This document shows, in pieces, positions 43,962-51,054 of a stretch of DNA of 51,054 nt. The position numbers and the translations under genes are program-made. Origin of the DNA: a virus; the IMG/VR virus record IMGVR_UViG_3300010352_001565, positions 1-51,054 of that record. One strand, written 5' to 3'. The notes under the pieces are model-generated. The model was given only the letters and a program-made list of their open reading frames with translations. It was not told the origin of the DNA and searched no databases. The stretch's first letter is position 1. Every line of letters starts with the position of its first letter.

Positions 43962-44687
43962 ATGTCAATCTTAAAATCAGCCATAAACCCGTGGGGAAGA
44001 TCAGGTAGCGGAGCCGAGCTACAGAGGGCCGACCTGTGGGAAATTGACTTCCAGATACCGTTCAACTTTTTTACCTCGAACGGAATCTTTGGGGGAGGAT
44101 TTTACGGGATTGACATCAAATACAACGCGGTGTCCGTCTCATTTCCAGAGGTTCGGACAAATCCTGAAGTTGTTCGTAGAGACTCGCGCCCGTACAACTT
44201 CCCAGGATGGGATGAGGCTGTTGGCGCGCTTCGCATTGTATTTCGCGTTGATGCAGGAGCTGCGGCGTCGTCAAAGACAGCAGGTGTCAGAGAGTACGCT
44301 TACAGCCGATCACAGCTTCTTAAGTTCCTAGACACATGGAGAGCTGTAGTGAGGGCTGGCCGCGGTCCCATGTCGAACGAGCGCCATTTCGTGAATAACG
44401 TCGCGTACGGCACTCCATACGCTCACGACTTCGGAATCAACCTGCTGAGAGGGGCCTCCAACCCATCTCTGGACGACTCAAGCTCTGGAATGTCGTACAG
44501 CACGAAGCTTACCGCAAAAAACGCCTGGTTGAGCTCGACTCAGCTTAGCGACTTGTCCTACGAGAAGGGCAACGAAATCTTCACGGTGTCTACTGTGTTC
44601 TTTTGCGATGACATCCTGAACGCAAACGGGACTGAGGGGCTTCAAACGTACAATGAGCTTCCAAGCTCTTCCATCGCGCCGTACTAA
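43962..44687 (+). CDS. Tail-tube paralog (T4 gp54/gp48-like tube initiator)
   Basis: N-terminus LQRADLWEIDFQIPF mirrors the tube protein's QQRADLFEVEIILP. Confidence 0.45.
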   Translation: MSILKSAINPWGRSGSGAELQRADLWEIDFQIPFNFFTSNGIFGGGFYGIDIKYNAVSVSFPEVRTNPEVVRRDSRPYNFPGWDEAVGALRIVFRVDAGAAASSKTAGVREYAYSRSQLLKFLDTWRAVVRAGRGPMSNERHFVNNVAYGTPYAHDFGINLLRGASNPSLDDSSSGMSYSTKLTAKNAWLSSTQLSDLSYEKGNEIFTVSTVFFCDDILNANGTEGLQTYNELPSSSIAPY

Positions 44688-44815
44688 CCGGGAAGATTGG
44701 TCTTCAACTTCGAGAATAAAGCGCAAATCAAAATTGTGCTTATTACGACGCGGATAACTTTGTGGGTGATCTCGCAAGTTCGCTGCGAAAACGTTAAAAT
44801 TAACACACAAATATT

Positions 44816-45271
44816 ATGAATCAACAAAGTTGCATTGGATTCGGCACAGACGCTAACGTTCTGGCCGCGTATGCTAACCGCGCTAACGAGCGCCTCGGCT
44901 CCTTCAGCTTCCTGATCGAGAACACCGGCAACAACGCCCTGTACCTCCAGTTCAAAGAGTGGGATGGCACAACCTCCCCCAGCGGCTGGTCTCCGATCGG
45001 CACCCCGGTCACTGTTGCGGCTCGCGGACAGGTCACGAAGAACTTCACCCTGAACTCCAAGAAGGTTGGCTTCTTCGGCTCTGGAAACACCACGGCGAAC
45101 ATCTCGACTGTCATCCGCAACCCTGCGGATTTGCGCGGTGCTCAGATCGACATCAACGCCACTGGTCGGCGCGGTTGGGGCTTCGACGACGGCTTCGACA
45201 CCAAGCAGATGGTTGCTGGTTACGGCCAAGCTCCCGATGGTACTGCCGCTGACAAAGCGATTGGTGAATAA
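44816..45271 (+). CDS. Putative abundant virion protein
   Basis: 151-aa ORF followed by a strong terminator. Confidence 0.4.
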   Translation: MNQQSCIGFGTDANVLAAYANRANERLGSFSFLIENTGNNALYLQFKEWDGTTSPSGWSPIGTPVTVAARGQVTKNFTLNSKKVGFFGSGNTTANISTVIRNPADLRGAQIDINATGRRGWGFDDGFDTKQMVAGYGQAPDGTAADKAIGE

Positions 45272-45291
45272 CTGAGCGTCTCACCGAATTC

Positions 45292-45323
45292 AAGCCCTGG
45301 CGTAACAGCCAGGGCTTTTTTGT
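45292..45323 (+). terminator. Rho-independent terminator
   Basis: AGCCCTGGC-gtaaca-GCCAGGGCT followed by TTTTTTG. Confidence 0.85.
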
Positions 45324-45333
45324 TCTCCGCATT

Positions 45334-45909
45334 GTGAAAAGTCCTGATGAGAACACCACGTTTACAGTCGTCCAGCGCCACGACGCTAAAGACATTCCGA
45401 TGCCGCTTGATGCCTCAGACAAGAGGTACGTCGACCCGGATGCAGAGGGAATTCAGATGGTCAGGGACGCCCTCATGAGCGCCGGGTTTAGAGACGAGTG
45501 CCCAATCGACTACGAGTACGGAATCCGGCTCGTGCTGAGGGGGACCGCAGTTGACGTGTCACTTTGCAAAGATACCTCACGCGTGGCCTATGTTACAAGC
45601 GTCAGGGTGTCCGACTCAAAAGTTAAGAGCAATGTGAAATATCTTGGAGACGCGCTGCGATCTAGGAGAGCAATTCAGGTGCTGATCGGAAGCGGAGGAG
45701 TGGACCCGATCTACGTTCCCATAGATGGCATACGCGATGAGGAGAGGGCGGACTACATTGTGCGGTCTGTCCTTGCCGCGGTGGCGGCAGTCGCGGCAAG
45801 GATGAACGCCTTTACTCATGAGGCTGTAAGAGCCATTGCTGAGCGATCAGAGCAGCGCAGCGCTTACGTTCCGGAAACCGCTCCAAGCACACCTTCCGAG
45901 GAAATGTAG
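45334..45909 (+). CDS. Hypothetical protein
   Basis: 191-aa ORF. Confidence 0.4.
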   Translation: MKSPDENTTFTVVQRHDAKDIPMPLDASDKRYVDPDAEGIQMVRDALMSAGFRDECPIDYEYGIRLVLRGTAVDVSLCKDTSRVAYVTSVRVSDSKVKSNVKYLGDALRSRRAIQVLIGSGGVDPIYVPIDGIRDEERADYIVRSVLAAVAAVAARMNAFTHEAVRAIAERSEQRSAYVPETAPSTPSEEM

Positions 45910-46445
45910 CAGTAAGACTTCCCGTCGATGCTGAGCGCGTTAACTTGACCCTTGTTGAGGATGAGCTCAGTTCCAGGCGCGAGGTCGTAATCAACCCAAG
46001 CACCTTTCTGAACGAGCTTGAAGCGCTGCATCTCATTGGTGTTGTCGATATTCCCAGGGATAATGATCGGAGAGTCCTTGCGGGAGGTAAATGGCTCCAC
46101 CAGCAACCAGCGCCCGAGCATCTCGAAGTTTTTCAGCGTGACCTTTGCGGACTTCAGCCTGGCCACCATGTCATTTTGGTGGAGCACAATGCCGCTGAAC
46201 GAAGGAGACTCATACGCAGCTTGCTGCAGCATGTAGTCGTTCGACTGAAAGAGCACGGTGTCTCCTGGAGAAAGCTGGGTGTCGCGGGCAGGGGCGCCGT
46301 CGACAGTCTTGCTTACGGAAACCACGGATCCAAGAAGGTGAGATTTGCGGCCTGTGCCAGGAGGAAGGACAATAAGACCCTCATGCTTTTCCTCGACGAC
46401 TTTTAAGGCAACGCGAGAACCGAAAACGAGAACGTTATTTTTCAT
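45864..46445 (-). CDS. Tandem GroES-like co-chaperonin (T4 gp31 functional analog)
   Basis: Two GroES-like halves: EEKHEGLIVLPPG..GSVVSVS..GDTVLF and SPIIIPGN..LAPGTELILNKGQ..A. Confidence 0.45.
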   Translation of the reverse strand: MKNNVLVFGSRVALKVVEEKHEGLIVLPPGTGRKSHLLGSVVSVSKTVDGAPARDTQLSPGDTVLFQSNDYMLQQAAYESPSFSGIVLHQNDMVARLKSAKVTLKNFEMLGRWLLVEPFTSRKDSPIIIPGNIDNTNEMQRFKLVQKGAWVDYDLAPGTELILNKGQVNALSIDGKSYCYISSEGVLGAVSGT

Positions 46446-47484
46446 TACCTTCTAAGAACTGATCGAGCTGGGTAGACAAGCTTTCGACAGGACACGACTT
46501 GCGTCTTACAAGAAAGCGGTCCCAAGCAAAGTCGACGTCGTCGTTAGGATCGAGTGTCCGGTTGTCTGCAGTTCGAGGAAGAGACGCCACAGTCGCGGTT
46601 CGCTGGTTGACCAGCCTCTCGGCTGACTTCCAAGATTCAGCGGTTGAGTCAGCGTCGAACATGAGGCAAAACTCTTTGACCCCTCGCAAGCTGAGCAGCT
46701 TTGAAATCTGAGGCTTGCTCATGTTGTGCTTGAACACCGCGACAGGGACCACGCTCTTTGCTCCGATCTTCTCTATCTTCTTTTCGAGCGACAGCACGTT
46801 GAATATTGCTTCAACGATTATGATGGTCTCTGGCTTAACCTCGCGCACCCTGTCAATGTTGTAGACCCAATACTTGGATCCTAGCGGGACCTCTCTGCGG
46901 CTAGGAAATTTCTTAGTTCCCTCACCCGGAGGAGGCTGTCCATACATGCGCCCTTGGTAATAGACCAGCTTCCCCCACTCCATCACAGGAAAGATGGTGT
47001 ATGGCTCCCAGTATGGGTCTTCCATGGTGTATCCCGCGCCAGCTTTTATAAAGTCGCTAATGTGGAGATTTTTGCGCTCTGCCATTTCAGCGACAAGGCG
47101 GTAGTAGGTTGACCGAGGATTGTCCTTAAGCAGCCTGAAGCCACGCGGTAGCTTCGCATTTGACATTAGAGGGGTTATTGTGCGCACTCCTATGCTGTCT
47201 GTTTCGTCGATCAGCTTCTCAACCTCTGAGATGTCTGGATCAACAATTCCGTCCTCAACCTCGTATCCAAGGCGCTGAACCCACTTAAAGAAGTTAGCGT
47301 GACCGACGTTGCAACGCCAGCAGTTCGTCCTTCCAGTCCTGAGGTTGACAGACCGGTTTCCCGACTTATCCGCGCATCCTGGCTGAGGGCAGATAAAGAC
47401 GAGTTCGTCCGTGGTGGAGCGATCCTTGTTGACCTCAAACAGCTCGTCCACTGTTCGCTTAATCTTTGACGCAAGCGCACTCAT
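46435..47484 (-). CDS. DNA primase, T4 gp61-like (zinc ribbon + TOPRIM)
   Basis: FICPQPGCADKSGNRSVN..CWRCNVGH parallels gp61 FRCPVCGDSKTD..HCYNCNYH. IIIVEAIFNVLSLE and CLMFDAD match the TOPRIM motifs. Confidence 0.8.
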   Translation of the reverse strand: MSALASKIKRTVDELFEVNKDRSTTDELVFICPQPGCADKSGNRSVNLRTGRTNCWRCNVGHANFFKWVQRLGYEVEDGIVDPDISEVEKLIDETDSIGVRTITPLMSNAKLPRGFRLLKDNPRSTYYRLVAEMAERKNLHISDFIKAGAGYTMEDPYWEPYTIFPVMEWGKLVYYQGRMYGQPPPGEGTKKFPSRREVPLGSKYWVYNIDRVREVKPETIIIVEAIFNVLSLEKKIEKIGAKSVVPVAVFKHNMSKPQISKLLSLRGVKEFCLMFDADSTAESWKSAERLVNQRTATVASLPRTADNRTLDPNDDVDFAWDRFLVRRKSCPVESLSTQLDQFLEGNEK

Positions 47485-47496
47485 GGTAGTTATGGC

Positions 47497-47697
47497 ATGG
47501 ACAACAGCTTATACGATCGCATCGCAACCGCGCAGAAGTTCCAGCAGGGAGAACAAGGCAAGACTGGATCTCCCGACGCTGAAAAACTCGCTTTTGGCAT
47601 GGGGGTTGTTAAAAACATGCAAGATAAAACGCATGAGAGGAACAGCATCCCGCAGAGTGAAGTGGTCGCACGTCCTGCGTATCCCATTCCGAATTAA
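47497..47697 (+). CDS. Small hypothetical protein (66 aa) in the gap between the primase and gp47-like genes
   Basis: Hydrophilic ORF on the strand opposite its neighbours. An antisense 65-aa ORF is also possible. Confidence 0.2.
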   Translation: MDNSLYDRIATAQKFQQGEQGKTGSPDAEKLAFGMGVVKNMQDKTHERNSIPQSEVVARPAYPIPN

Positions 47698-48758
47698 GCG
47701 TCAGCAGCCTCGGCAAGCTGATCTCCGAATTCGGCCATTTCCTCGACAGAAATAAGCACTCCACGCGTGTCTGGAGTCGCCTGACCAAGATACCTCAACA
47801 GCACGTCTTTTCGACCCTGAAGCTGCGCAGGAACTGCAGCTGCTTTCGCGTCGTCTGAGGCTTTGTAGTCGTAGATCGGCTCGCATCGCGTGGACAACGG
47901 GTGGGCATAAAACTTTTCGGCTTCTTCGTACGACGTCAGGACGACCTTGTAGCGATCTTCGCTGTCGACCTTAGCAGTCGCCATGAACTCATTAAGCCCA
48001 ACTGTCCTGTAGCTTGGAAATCCTGTAATTGGCACCCATTCAACTGTGCATGCTTCAGTATCGACGATCCCGACGCGCTTGTTCTCATTGGCTTCTCCAA
48101 AATCTTGCTGGAATGGCGATCCAACATAGTGGATGTTTTCGCTGAGCTCCTGGGGTTTGTGGACATGCCCTAGAATTGCCAGGTTAACCTCAGACATGAC
48201 TTCTAGAGGCACCCCTGTCAACGACACCCCGCTGTTCATCTTGCATCCCACGACCTGAAAGTGGCCAATCACAACGATCTTCTCGTCAGGGTAGCACTGG
48301 TCAACCGCGTCAGCGATCCACTTAGCCTGAACCGCCGAGTCTTCCTCGTAAGCGCAGCATAAAATCGCCGTCTTGTGCCACCGGATGATTTGAGATTCAC
48401 CGACGACTTGGAAGTACGGCTTGAACATCCTTCCACTGTGCACGCTGGTGTTGCGGAAGTATTGGTCGTGGTTTCCGATCAGTTTGATGTTCAACTGTGA
48501 TGCAGGAAACTGCTCAATTCCCTCGATTACGGCGTCAAGCGCAGGCACAGGAATGCTTGACCTGTCATCAAACATGTCTCCAAGGTCCCAGATGGCGGAG
48601 CAGCGGTGCTTTTTGTAGATCTGCGCGAGCTCAGAGTAAAACTTCTTGACGCGCCAGATTTGGAGCGACTCTGTAGGGCTGTTGAAACACCTATCAGAGC
48701 CGTCCGTCGCTTGAAGATCGCCGTAAACGAGAGCTTTCATGCTGCTTAGAATCCGCAA
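47694..48758 (-). CDS. SbcD/Mre11-like nuclease (T4 gp47-like), calcineurin-like phosphoesterase
   Basis: GDLQ..D, GNHD and ILGHVH phosphoesterase motifs. Confidence 0.8.
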   Translation of the reverse strand: MRILSSMKALVYGDLQATDGSDRCFNSPTESLQIWRVKKFYSELAQIYKKHRCSAIWDLGDMFDDRSSIPVPALDAVIEGIEQFPASQLNIKLIGNHDQYFRNTSVHSGRMFKPYFQVVGESQIIRWHKTAILCCAYEEDSAVQAKWIADAVDQCYPDEKIVVIGHFQVVGCKMNSGVSLTGVPLEVMSEVNLAILGHVHKPQELSENIHYVGSPFQQDFGEANENKRVGIVDTEACTVEWVPITGFPSYRTVGLNEFMATAKVDSEDRYKVVLTSYEEAEKFYAHPLSTRCEPIYDYKASDDAKAAAVPAQLQGRKDVLLRYLGQATPDTRGVLISVEEMAEFGDQLAEAADA

Positions 48759-49279
48759 AGATCAAAGCGGGCGGCAAAAACCTTGTCAACGTTCGCTGTA
48801 AGAAACTCACCGAGACCTCCGGCCCACTTGGAATGCGGGATAAAGTCGAACAGCTCCTCCAGGGTGACGATGCGGTGTTCGGGGTGCTTGTCAGGCTCCT
48901 TATTCACGAAAGTCTCGAGGGTTTTGACGCGCAGCGCTGTGATATGGATGATCCAGTGCCACTGAGGGTCATTCGGCGCGTTTTCAATCTCTGGCGCAAT
49001 GTTTTCAAAAAACCCGATGTTGATTGGATCAAATGTGTCGAAACACGCCTCAACTCCGCACTCCTCCTTGAGCTCCGCGGCGAATTGTTCGGCGGCAGTT
49101 AGCCCAACTTCATGCAGCCCGGTGACCAAGCTCCAGCAGTTTTTGGCTGATCGTATATTTGGTCCCCTGTAAAGTATTGGAAGCCTCCCGTGATCGTCAA
49201 ACGCGATGCCGCCAATAGTGGCGTAAGGGCGCGGTTCATCAAATTTTTTCCATCCGACAACATTAGATAAATTTTTCAT
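48746..49279 (-). CDS. Nudix-hydrolase-like protein
   Basis: GLHEVGLTAAEQFAAELKEECGVEA approximates the Nudix box Gx5Ex7REUxEExGU but is degenerate. Confidence 0.4.
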   Translation of the reverse strand: MKNLSNVVGWKKFDEPRPYATIGGIAFDDHGRLPILYRGPNIRSAKNCWSLVTGLHEVGLTAAEQFAAELKEECGVEACFDTFDPINIGFFENIAPEIENAPNDPQWHWIIHITALRVKTLETFVNKEPDKHPEHRIVTLEELFDFIPHSKWAGGLGEFLTANVDKVFAARFDLCGF

Positions 49280-49286
49280 TTTTGGT

Positions 49287-49313
49287 GTTTACATTCTCGA
49301 TACGAGGTATAGA
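49287..49313 (+). promoter_or_regulatory. Possible early-type promoter: GTTTACA, 14-nt spacer, TATAGA
   Basis: GGTGTTTACATTCTCGATACGAGGTATAGA. The spacer is shorter than in the other copies. Confidence 0.3.
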
Positions 49314-49337
49314 ACTTTCAATATTACGTCCACCACT

Positions 49338-49523
49338 ATGAAATCACACCTCGTAACTCTTGGGGACCTCGTGTCCTCCGTTTGCAACTCAAAAGCCTGC
49401 CATGCCCCAGCTGCATTTCTGACTCTTCTTGGAGAAATAGGATGCATTCGCACCGCAAAGGGAAAACGTCACATCACGTTTATCGCACCCACCCACAAGA
49501 CAGTTAGCAGGCAATCCTGCTAG
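49338..49523 (+). CDS. Small hypothetical protein (61 aa)
   Basis: ORF downstream of the possible promoter. Confidence 0.25.
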   Translation: MKSHLVTLGDLVSSVCNSKACHAPAAFLTLLGEIGCIRTAKGKRHITFIAPTHKTVSRQSC

Positions 49524-49743
49524 TCAGACTTCTTGTCTTACTCCGAAGAGTTCTTACTTCATGGAAACTTAATTCGTGCAAGTAAGAGCTTACGCATTAG
49601 AGCTGAACGGCGCACCAGCCTGCACCGTCAGCATTGAGACTCCAAGGTGGCTTCCCGTTCGACCGCGGGTTAACGCCACTTGGCTGCGAGGAGTCGTGCA
49701 GATTGCTCTAACACGCTGCTTTAAGACAAGGAGTAGTTAACTC

Positions 49744-50151
49744 GTGAACGCAAACCAAGCCGCACAGTTTTTGATTGAAGGTGACGACGAGAACTACGAC
49801 GCAAAAGTCTTTGCTGATCGTCTTCTTCTTCGCATTTACTCGGCGCCGTCGCTGCTGGCGTATCTCCATGACATTGCTATGATTAAGGAGAGCGACGAGG
49901 GGAAGAGCGGAGTCATTTTCCAGATCAAGTTCTCGAAGCTTCCTGAAGAAACCATCTCTCAGGTTAAAGACTTGATCGGAGTCCCTGGAATCAGGGCGCT
50001 TGCCTTTGACGAGGAACGCAAGCCTTGCACGGGATTTCAGTTTTTCATTTCTGACGAGCAGCTAAGTGCTTCGAAGTCTGAGAAGCAGCGCCCGAATACG
50101 CGAGGCGAAGGATTTGGTCAGACAGGACGTCAGCAACCGGCCCTAGGTTGA
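49744..50151 (+). CDS. Hypothetical protein (GTG start after an AAGGAG RBS)
   Basis: AAGGAGTAGTTAACTCGTG context. It overlaps the convergent 50045..50353 ORF by about 100 nt. Confidence 0.35.
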   Translation: MNANQAAQFLIEGDDENYDAKVFADRLLLRIYSAPSLLAYLHDIAMIKESDEGKSGVIFQIKFSKLPEETISQVKDLIGVPGIRALAFDEERKPCTGFQFFISDEQLSASKSEKQRPNTRGEGFGQTGRQQPALG

Positions 50152-50353
50152 TCGTCCGTCCCTCTTCCGCCCATGTGCGAACGAGGGATCTAAGTTGAGG
50201 TTCAAACTGGCGGTCAACCCTCTCCGCCTTCACAATACAAAAAGCCACCCAAAGAAGACTAAACTTCTTGATCGTGACAAGCGTACGGGTGTCCGTAAAA
50301 CGGATCTTTTCAGATCCGAACAACTTGCCTCGCTCGACAGCAAATCCAGTCAT
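50045..50353 (-). CDS. Hypothetical protein downstream of the RHH gene, possibly a toxin-like partner; start taken at MTGF
   Basis: The track start is TTG; an in-frame ATG lies 2 codons later. It sits 15 nt after the RHH gene's stop. Confidence 0.3.
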   Translation of the reverse strand: MTGFAVERGKLFGSEKIRFTDTRTLVTIKKFSLLWVAFCIVKAERVDRQFEPQLRSLVRTWAEEGRTINLGPVADVLSDQILRLAYSGAASQTSKHLAARQK

Positions 50354-50368
50354 ACCCAATCGGAGTAG

Positions 50369-50584
50369 TTAACTGGTGAGCCCGTTTACCACGGGATCGC
50401 GCTTACGGTCGGCTGGATTCAGGTAGACCAGGCGGCCAGCAAGAAAGTCAATAACAAGCTTACGTGCAAACTGATTGCCAGACCGGATACCGATGATCTT
50501 AGGTTCAACAGCTTTAGTCTCTAAATTGGATGCGAGGTTATCTGGGATTCGGAAGGCAACAACTCGCTCTTTTGTATTGTCCAT
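50369..50584 (-). CDS. Ribbon-helix-helix (CopG/Arc-like) DNA-binding protein
   Basis: N-terminus MDNTKERVVAFRIPDNLASNLETKA fits an RHH beta-strand plus helix. Confidence 0.4.
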   Translation of the reverse strand: MDNTKERVVAFRIPDNLASNLETKAVEPKIIGIRSGNQFARKLVIDFLAGRLVYLNPADRKRDPVVNGLTS

Positions 50585-50628
50585 GCGACTTAAGAACTGG
50601 AGAGTTTGCAGATTCTTATAACCAGAAT

Positions 50629-51054
50629 GTCTCCTACATCACTAAAAATATTCAATCACCTAGGACTCATTGGTTCGACAGGAGTTCCGACAGGGTCACT
50701 TGTTCCTAGAGCCAACACGGTCTCTGCGCGGCAGCAAGCCACGCAAGATTTCAGTGACGCAGGGAGACTCGCTGATCCTGACATTTGGTCAAAGTACAAC
50801 TCGCTGACGCGGCGGCCGACATCGTTCGACGCCATGCTTCAGCTGTGGAACGAGATGGCTGACTGGGACCTTATCTGCGCCGCCCTATCTGAAATCGTCC
50901 ACGAAGCTACCCAGACCGATGCTACGAGCCCCGGATCACTTTGGTACGAATGCAATGACCCAAGCATGGAAGACGAGCTAAATGACATGCTTGGCGTTAT
51001 CGGCGTCGAAGACATCCTTCCATCTCAAGTGTGGCACGTTGCTGGGTTAGGCAA
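50629..51054 (+). CDS. Portal vertex protein, T4 gp20-like (N-terminal part; continues beyond the window)
   Basis: SFDAMLQLWNEMADWDLICAALSEIVHEATQTD and ELNDMLGVIGVEDILPSQVWHVAG parallel gp20 [31 protein letters not shown] and [26 protein letters not shown]. Confidence 0.75.

Noticed and set aside
47490-47687. Minus-strand 65-aa Cys/hydrophobic ORF in the primase/gp47-like gap
   Set aside because: It is mutually exclusive with the plus-strand 66-aa ORF. Neither has support beyond being open, so only the more hydrophilic one was listed, at low confidence.
49594-49676. Possible tRNA (acceptor-like pairing GCATTAG/TTAACGC, TTCGACC loop)
   Set aside because: The T-stem is only 4 bp with an 8-nt loop, no anticodon arm forms, and the D-arm is marginal. 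It does not meet the tRNA cloverleaf.

Overview
This 51-kb window is a gene-dense, roughly 50% GC segment of a T4-like myovirus (phage) genome with frequent strand switches. Recognisable core genes, called from motif-level similarity read directly off the translations, are:
- two tandem gp55-like late-sigma paralogs
- a gp21-like prohead protease fused to a coiled-coil scaffold domain, directly upstream of a gp23-like major capsid protein
- a tape-measure-like protein
- a gp18-like tail sheath and a gp19-like tail tube
- a gp54/gp48-like tube paralog
- a gpV/gp5-like baseplate spike and a gpD/gp27-like hub
- gp46 (SbcC/Rad50-like) and gp47 (SbcD/Mre11-like), 24 kb apart
- a gp61-like primase, an RNase H/FEN, a tandem GroES-like co-chaperonin and a Nudix-like protein
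- the 5' part of the gp20 portal gene
Accessory islands carry:
- a glycosyltransferase cluster with a peptidoglycan-binding domain, next to the gene-55 paralogs
- Tat- and Sec-signal proteins
- a stand-alone class-II glutamine amidotransferase (Ntn) operon
- a DUF559 endonuclease
- an RHH pair
Regulatory signals: at least seven T4-early-type promoters (GTTTAC -35, TATAGT-like -10) whose -10 lies only 6-7 nt from the ATG, and six clean rho-independent terminators. A 35-bp promoter module recurs three times.
The most unusual observations are a candidate programmed -1 frameshift fusing a 196-aa early protein to a membrane PH-like C-terminal domain, a 22-bp perfect palindrome plus tandem 11-mers in front of the second sigma paralog, and the glycosyltransferase island.
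No tRNA, rRNA or CRISPR array could be supported.
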